This document shows positions 60,301 through 64,000 of a DNA stretch of 64,000 nt, piece by piece (position 1 is the first letter of the stretch; the number at the start of each line of letters is the position of its first letter). Under the pieces are notes generated by a model. The model worked only from the letters and a program-made list of their open reading frames with translations. It did no database searches and was not told the DNA's origin. This stretch comes from Mobula hypostoma. Lineage: Eukaryota. The stretch is from contig NC_086097.1 in the NCBI RefSeq assembly GCF_963921235.1, positions 63,676,001 to 63,740,000 of the forward strand, read 5' to 3'. The position numbers and the translations under genes were made by a program.

Positions 60301-61518
60301 GTACCCATCCCCTGCCATATTAGTTTAAACCACTCCCAACAGCTCGAATTAACCGGCCCACAAAAATATTGATCCCCCTCGGGTTCAAGTGCAACGCATC
60401 CCTTTTGTACAGGTCACAGCTGCTCCATAAGAGGTGTCAATTATTATCCAGAAATCTGAATCCTTGCCCCCTGCTCCAATTCTTCAGCCCCACATTTATC
60501 TGCCACCTCATTCTGTGCTTATTTTCACTGTCGCATGGCACAGACAGCAATCCCAAGATTACTACCCTTGAGGTAAATCTTCTCAGCTTCCTTCCTAACT
60601 CCCTTTATTCTTATTTCACGACCTCCTGCCCTTTTCTACCCATGTTGTTGGTATCAATATGTACCACCAGTTCTGGCTACTCACCCTCCCTTTTCAGGAT
60701 ATATTTGATGCGTTCAGAAACATCGCGGAACTTGGCACCTGGGAGGCAAGCTATCATCCACGCTTTTTTGGCATCCACAGAATCACCTGTGTGTCCACCT
60801 AACTAAAGAGTCCCCTATTACTGCTGCCATCTTCTTCGGTTCCCTACCCTTCTGAGCCACAGGGCCAGACTCAGTGTCAGAGGCATGGCCGCTGTTGCTT
60901 CCCCCAGGTAAGTTGTACCTCTAACAGTACGCAAAATGAAGTACTAGGGTCTCGGCCTGAAACGTCGACTGCACCTCTTCCCACAGATGCTGCCTGGCCT
61001 GCTGCGTTCACCAGCAACTTTGATGTGTGTTACTTATTGTAGAGGGGGCCAGCCACAGAGGTGCTCTCCACTATCTGATGTTCTCCCTTCCTTCTCCTGA
61101 CAGTCACCCATTTATCTGTCACCTGTAGCCATGGGGTAGCTCCTGTTTATCAGTGCTTCACTTTCCCTAACATGCCGAAGGTCATCGAGCTGCAGCTCCA
61201 GTTCTTTAACACGGTCTGTAAAGAGCTGCGTCTCGATGCACCTGGTGCAGATGTAGCTGTCCGAGAGACTGGTAGTCTCCTAGAAATCCCACATCTGACA
61301 CCCAGAACAGAACACTGACTCTGTAGACATTCCCCCTGTTCTCTCAAGAGTTAAATAAGGAATGAACGTACCTACTTACCTTGCCTCCACCTGTTCTCGC
61401 CGAAGCCCTGTTGAGCCAAAGCTTTACTACTCCAACTCAGACCACTCTGACGACGATTGCTCCCACGACCTGTGTGGGAACGCTTCTCCTGCATCTGCAC
61501 AATACTCCACTCAACGCC
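57307..61518 (-). mobile_element. Near-full-length decayed CR1-clade LINE (ORF1 + ORF2)
   Basis: ORF1 remnant VFCSGCQMW...YICTRC...VKELELQLDDL and AVIGDSLVR (zinc finger, leucine zipper, esterase); ORF2 remnants YLDFQQAFD, GVLQGSVLG, SADDT, LVRPHL. Confidence 0.88.
60946..61030 (+). mobile_element. 85-bp young Penelope tail fragment inserted in CR1
   Basis: AGGGTCTCGGCCTGAAACGTCGACTG...TTTGATGTGTGT; TSD-like TACT at 60942-60945 and 61031-61034. Confidence 0.8.
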
Positions 61519-62808
61519 GAGTTAATGCCTCACTCTGCAACTGGGTTCTTGACTTTCTGACCAAAAGACCACAGTCAATAAAGATAGGCAGCGACACCTC
61601 CACCACAATTATTGTAAAACACTGGAGCTCCAAAAGGCTGCATCCTTAGCCCCCTGCTCACACGGCTAGATTCTGCTGTAACTCTACAAGTTTGCGGATG
61701 ATTGAGAAGGGCCACATCGCAAGTAAAAATGAACTGCAGTACAAGAAGCATCTAGGAGAGCTTACTGACATGGTATCATGATTATAACCTTTCCCTCAGT
61801 GTCAACAAAAGAGCTGGTCATTGACTTCACAGTGTGGGTGATGCACATGCTCCTGTCTACATCAATGGTGTTGATATTAAGAGGATTGAGAGCTTGAAGT
61901 TCCTAGGTGTGAACATCATCAATAGCTTGTCAGGGTCCAACAATGAGAAAGCTTATCAAAGCCTCTACTACCTCAGGAGGCTAAAGAAATTCAGCATGTT
62001 CCCATGGACTCTTACCAATTTTTACCAATACACTGTAGTAAGCATTCTGTCTGGATGCATAACAGTATGGCAACTGCTCTGCACGTATGTGACTGCAAGA
62101 AATTTAGCACATCACAGGAACCAGCCTCCCTTCTGTGGACTTTGTCTATATTTCCCACTGCTTTAGTGAAGTAGCCAGCATAATCAAAGACCCCACTCAC
62201 CCCGTTATTCTCCTTTCTCCCCTCTCCATTAGGTAGAAGGTAAAGAAGCCTGAAAACATGTACCATTAGACTCAAGGACAGCTTCTATCCCACTGTTATC
62301 AGACTTTTTTATGGACCTCTTGTATGATAAGATAGACTATTGGCCTCACAATCTACGTGGTTATGATCTTCCACTTTATCGTTTACTTGCACTGCAGTTT
62401 TTTGGTAGCTTTTACACTATATTCTGCATTGTTATTGTTTTACATTATTCTAGCTCAATGTATTGTGTAATGAGTTAATCTGTATAAACAAATCAGGCTA
62501 TTCACTTCATCTTGGTACATGTAATAATAGTATACCAGTACTAACTTTAACAACTTTTACTGCATGGATTTAGTGACATGTTGTTCCGGATATCTCTTTT
62601 GAGTTGGGACGTTTTTGTCATTTTTGTTTTTTTATATTCCAAATTAAATGCATTCCATAATCCAATTTACCTTCAATTGATACTCTGGATTCATCTTAAT
62701 GATATTTACACAGATTTACCAGGAAGCTAACTGACAGGAATAACATTAAATATATATAAATATAAAACTACAAGATCGTACTCTCTCAATTTAAGATTGA
62801 GGGAAATG

Positions 62809-64000
62809 CAGTGGCATGCAAAAGTTTGGGCACCCCGGTCAAAATTTCTGTTACTGTGAATAGTTAAGTGAGTAGAAGATGAACTGATGTCCAAAAGTCA
62901 TAAAATTAAAGATGAAACATTCTTTTCAACATTTTAAGCAAGATTAGTGTATTATTTTTGTTTCGTACAATTTTAGGGTGGGGAGAAAAAGGGAAAGGAG
63001 CACCATGCAAAAGTTTGGGCACCCCAAGAGATTTGAGTTCTCCGATAACTTTTACCAAGCTCTCGGACCTTAATTAGCTTGTTAGGGCTATGGCTTGTTC
63101 ACAATCATCGTTAGGAAAGGTCAGGTGATGCAAATTTCAAAGCTTTATAAATACCCTGACTTCTCAAACCTTGTCCCAACAATCAGCAGCCATGGGCTCC
63201 TCTAAGCAGCTGCCTAGCACTCTGAAAATTAAAACAAATGATGCCCACAAAGCAAGAGAAGGCTATAAGAAGATAGCAAAGCGTTTTCAGGTAGCCGTTT
63301 CCTCAGTTCGTACTGTAATTAAATGGCAGTTAACGGGAACGGTGGAGGTCAAGTTGAGGTCTGGAAGACCAAGAAAACTTTCTGAGAGAACTGCTCGTAG
63401 GATTGCTAGAAAGGCAATTTCAGACCCCTGTTTGACTGCAAAAGACCTTCAGGAAGATTTAGCAGACTCTGGAGTGGTGGTGCACTGTTCTACCGTGCAG
63501 TGACACCTGCATAAATATGACCTTCATGGAAAAGTCATCAGAAGAAAACCTTTCCTGCGTTCTCACCACAAAATTTAGCATCAGAAGTTTGCAAAGGAAT
63601 AGCTAAACAAGCCTAATGCATTTTGGAAACAAGTCCTGTGGACTGATGAAGTTAAAATAGAACTTTTTGGCTGCAATGAGCAAAGGTATGTTTGGAGAAA
63701 AAAGGGTGCAGAATTTCATGAAAAGAACACCTCTCCAACTGTTAAGCACGGGGGTGGATCGATCATGCTTTGGGCTTGTGTTGTAGCCAGTGGCACGGGG
63801 GACATTTCACTGGTAGGGGGGAGAATGAATTCAATTAAATACCAGCAGATTCTGGAAGCAAACATCACACCATCTGTAAAAAAAAAGCCGAAGATGAAAA
63901 GAGAATGGCTTCTACAACAGGATAATGATCCTAAACACACCTCAAAATGACACAATGGACTACCTCAAGAGGCACAAGCTGAAGGTTTTGCCATGGCCCT
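62809..64000 (+). mobile_element. Tc1-family transposon of IR/DR type with a pseudogenised transposase; runs off the window
   Basis: Starts CAGTGGCATGCAAAAGTTTGGGCACCCC; 22-bp direct repeat at 62815-62836 and 63004-63025; ATG 63192 [46 protein letters not shown]; in-frame stops such as 63501. Confidence 0.92.

Larger units (their letters stand above)
57010..62540 (+). mobile_element. Decayed Rex1/Babar-like LINE split by a long CR1
   Basis: RT remnants at about 57040-57305 ([18 protein letters not shown]) resume at about 61525 ([24 protein letters not shown]). Confidence 0.75.

Noticed and set aside
1..64000. Prokaryotic systems such as CRISPR arrays, retrons, DGRs or operons, suggested by the many RTs and repeats
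   Set aside because: All RTs are eukaryotic retroelement types, the repeats are dispersed TE copies without repeat-spacer periodicity, and the host gene has spliceosomal introns.

Overview
Vertebrate, not prokaryotic, DNA. The repeat families suggest a cartilaginous fish (inference). The window holds the 5' part of GEMIN2 (SIP1) on the + strand: seven GT-AG coding exons at 33410-56597 splice into one open frame, and the rest lies beyond the window. A CpG-rich, probably bidirectional promoter with a ZNF143-type motif lies at about 27.3-27.9 kb. Much of the remainder is transposable elements, often nested: CR1-clade and Rex1/Babar-like LINEs, Neptune-like Penelope elements (RT + GIY-YIG), a Gypsy remnant, a solo LTR and two Tc1 transposons. 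The most unusual signal is the Penelope 3' tail, which carries a minimal hammerhead ribozyme motif (CUGAnGA...GAAACGUH). It occurs in long elements, as stand-alone ~85-135 bp insertions starting at the ribozyme, and as inverted 'twin-tail' insertions, some flanked by target-site duplications, including an 89-bp-arm hairpin at 2978-3157. TE family names rest on motifs recognised by eye; no database search was run, and boundaries of old elements are approximate.
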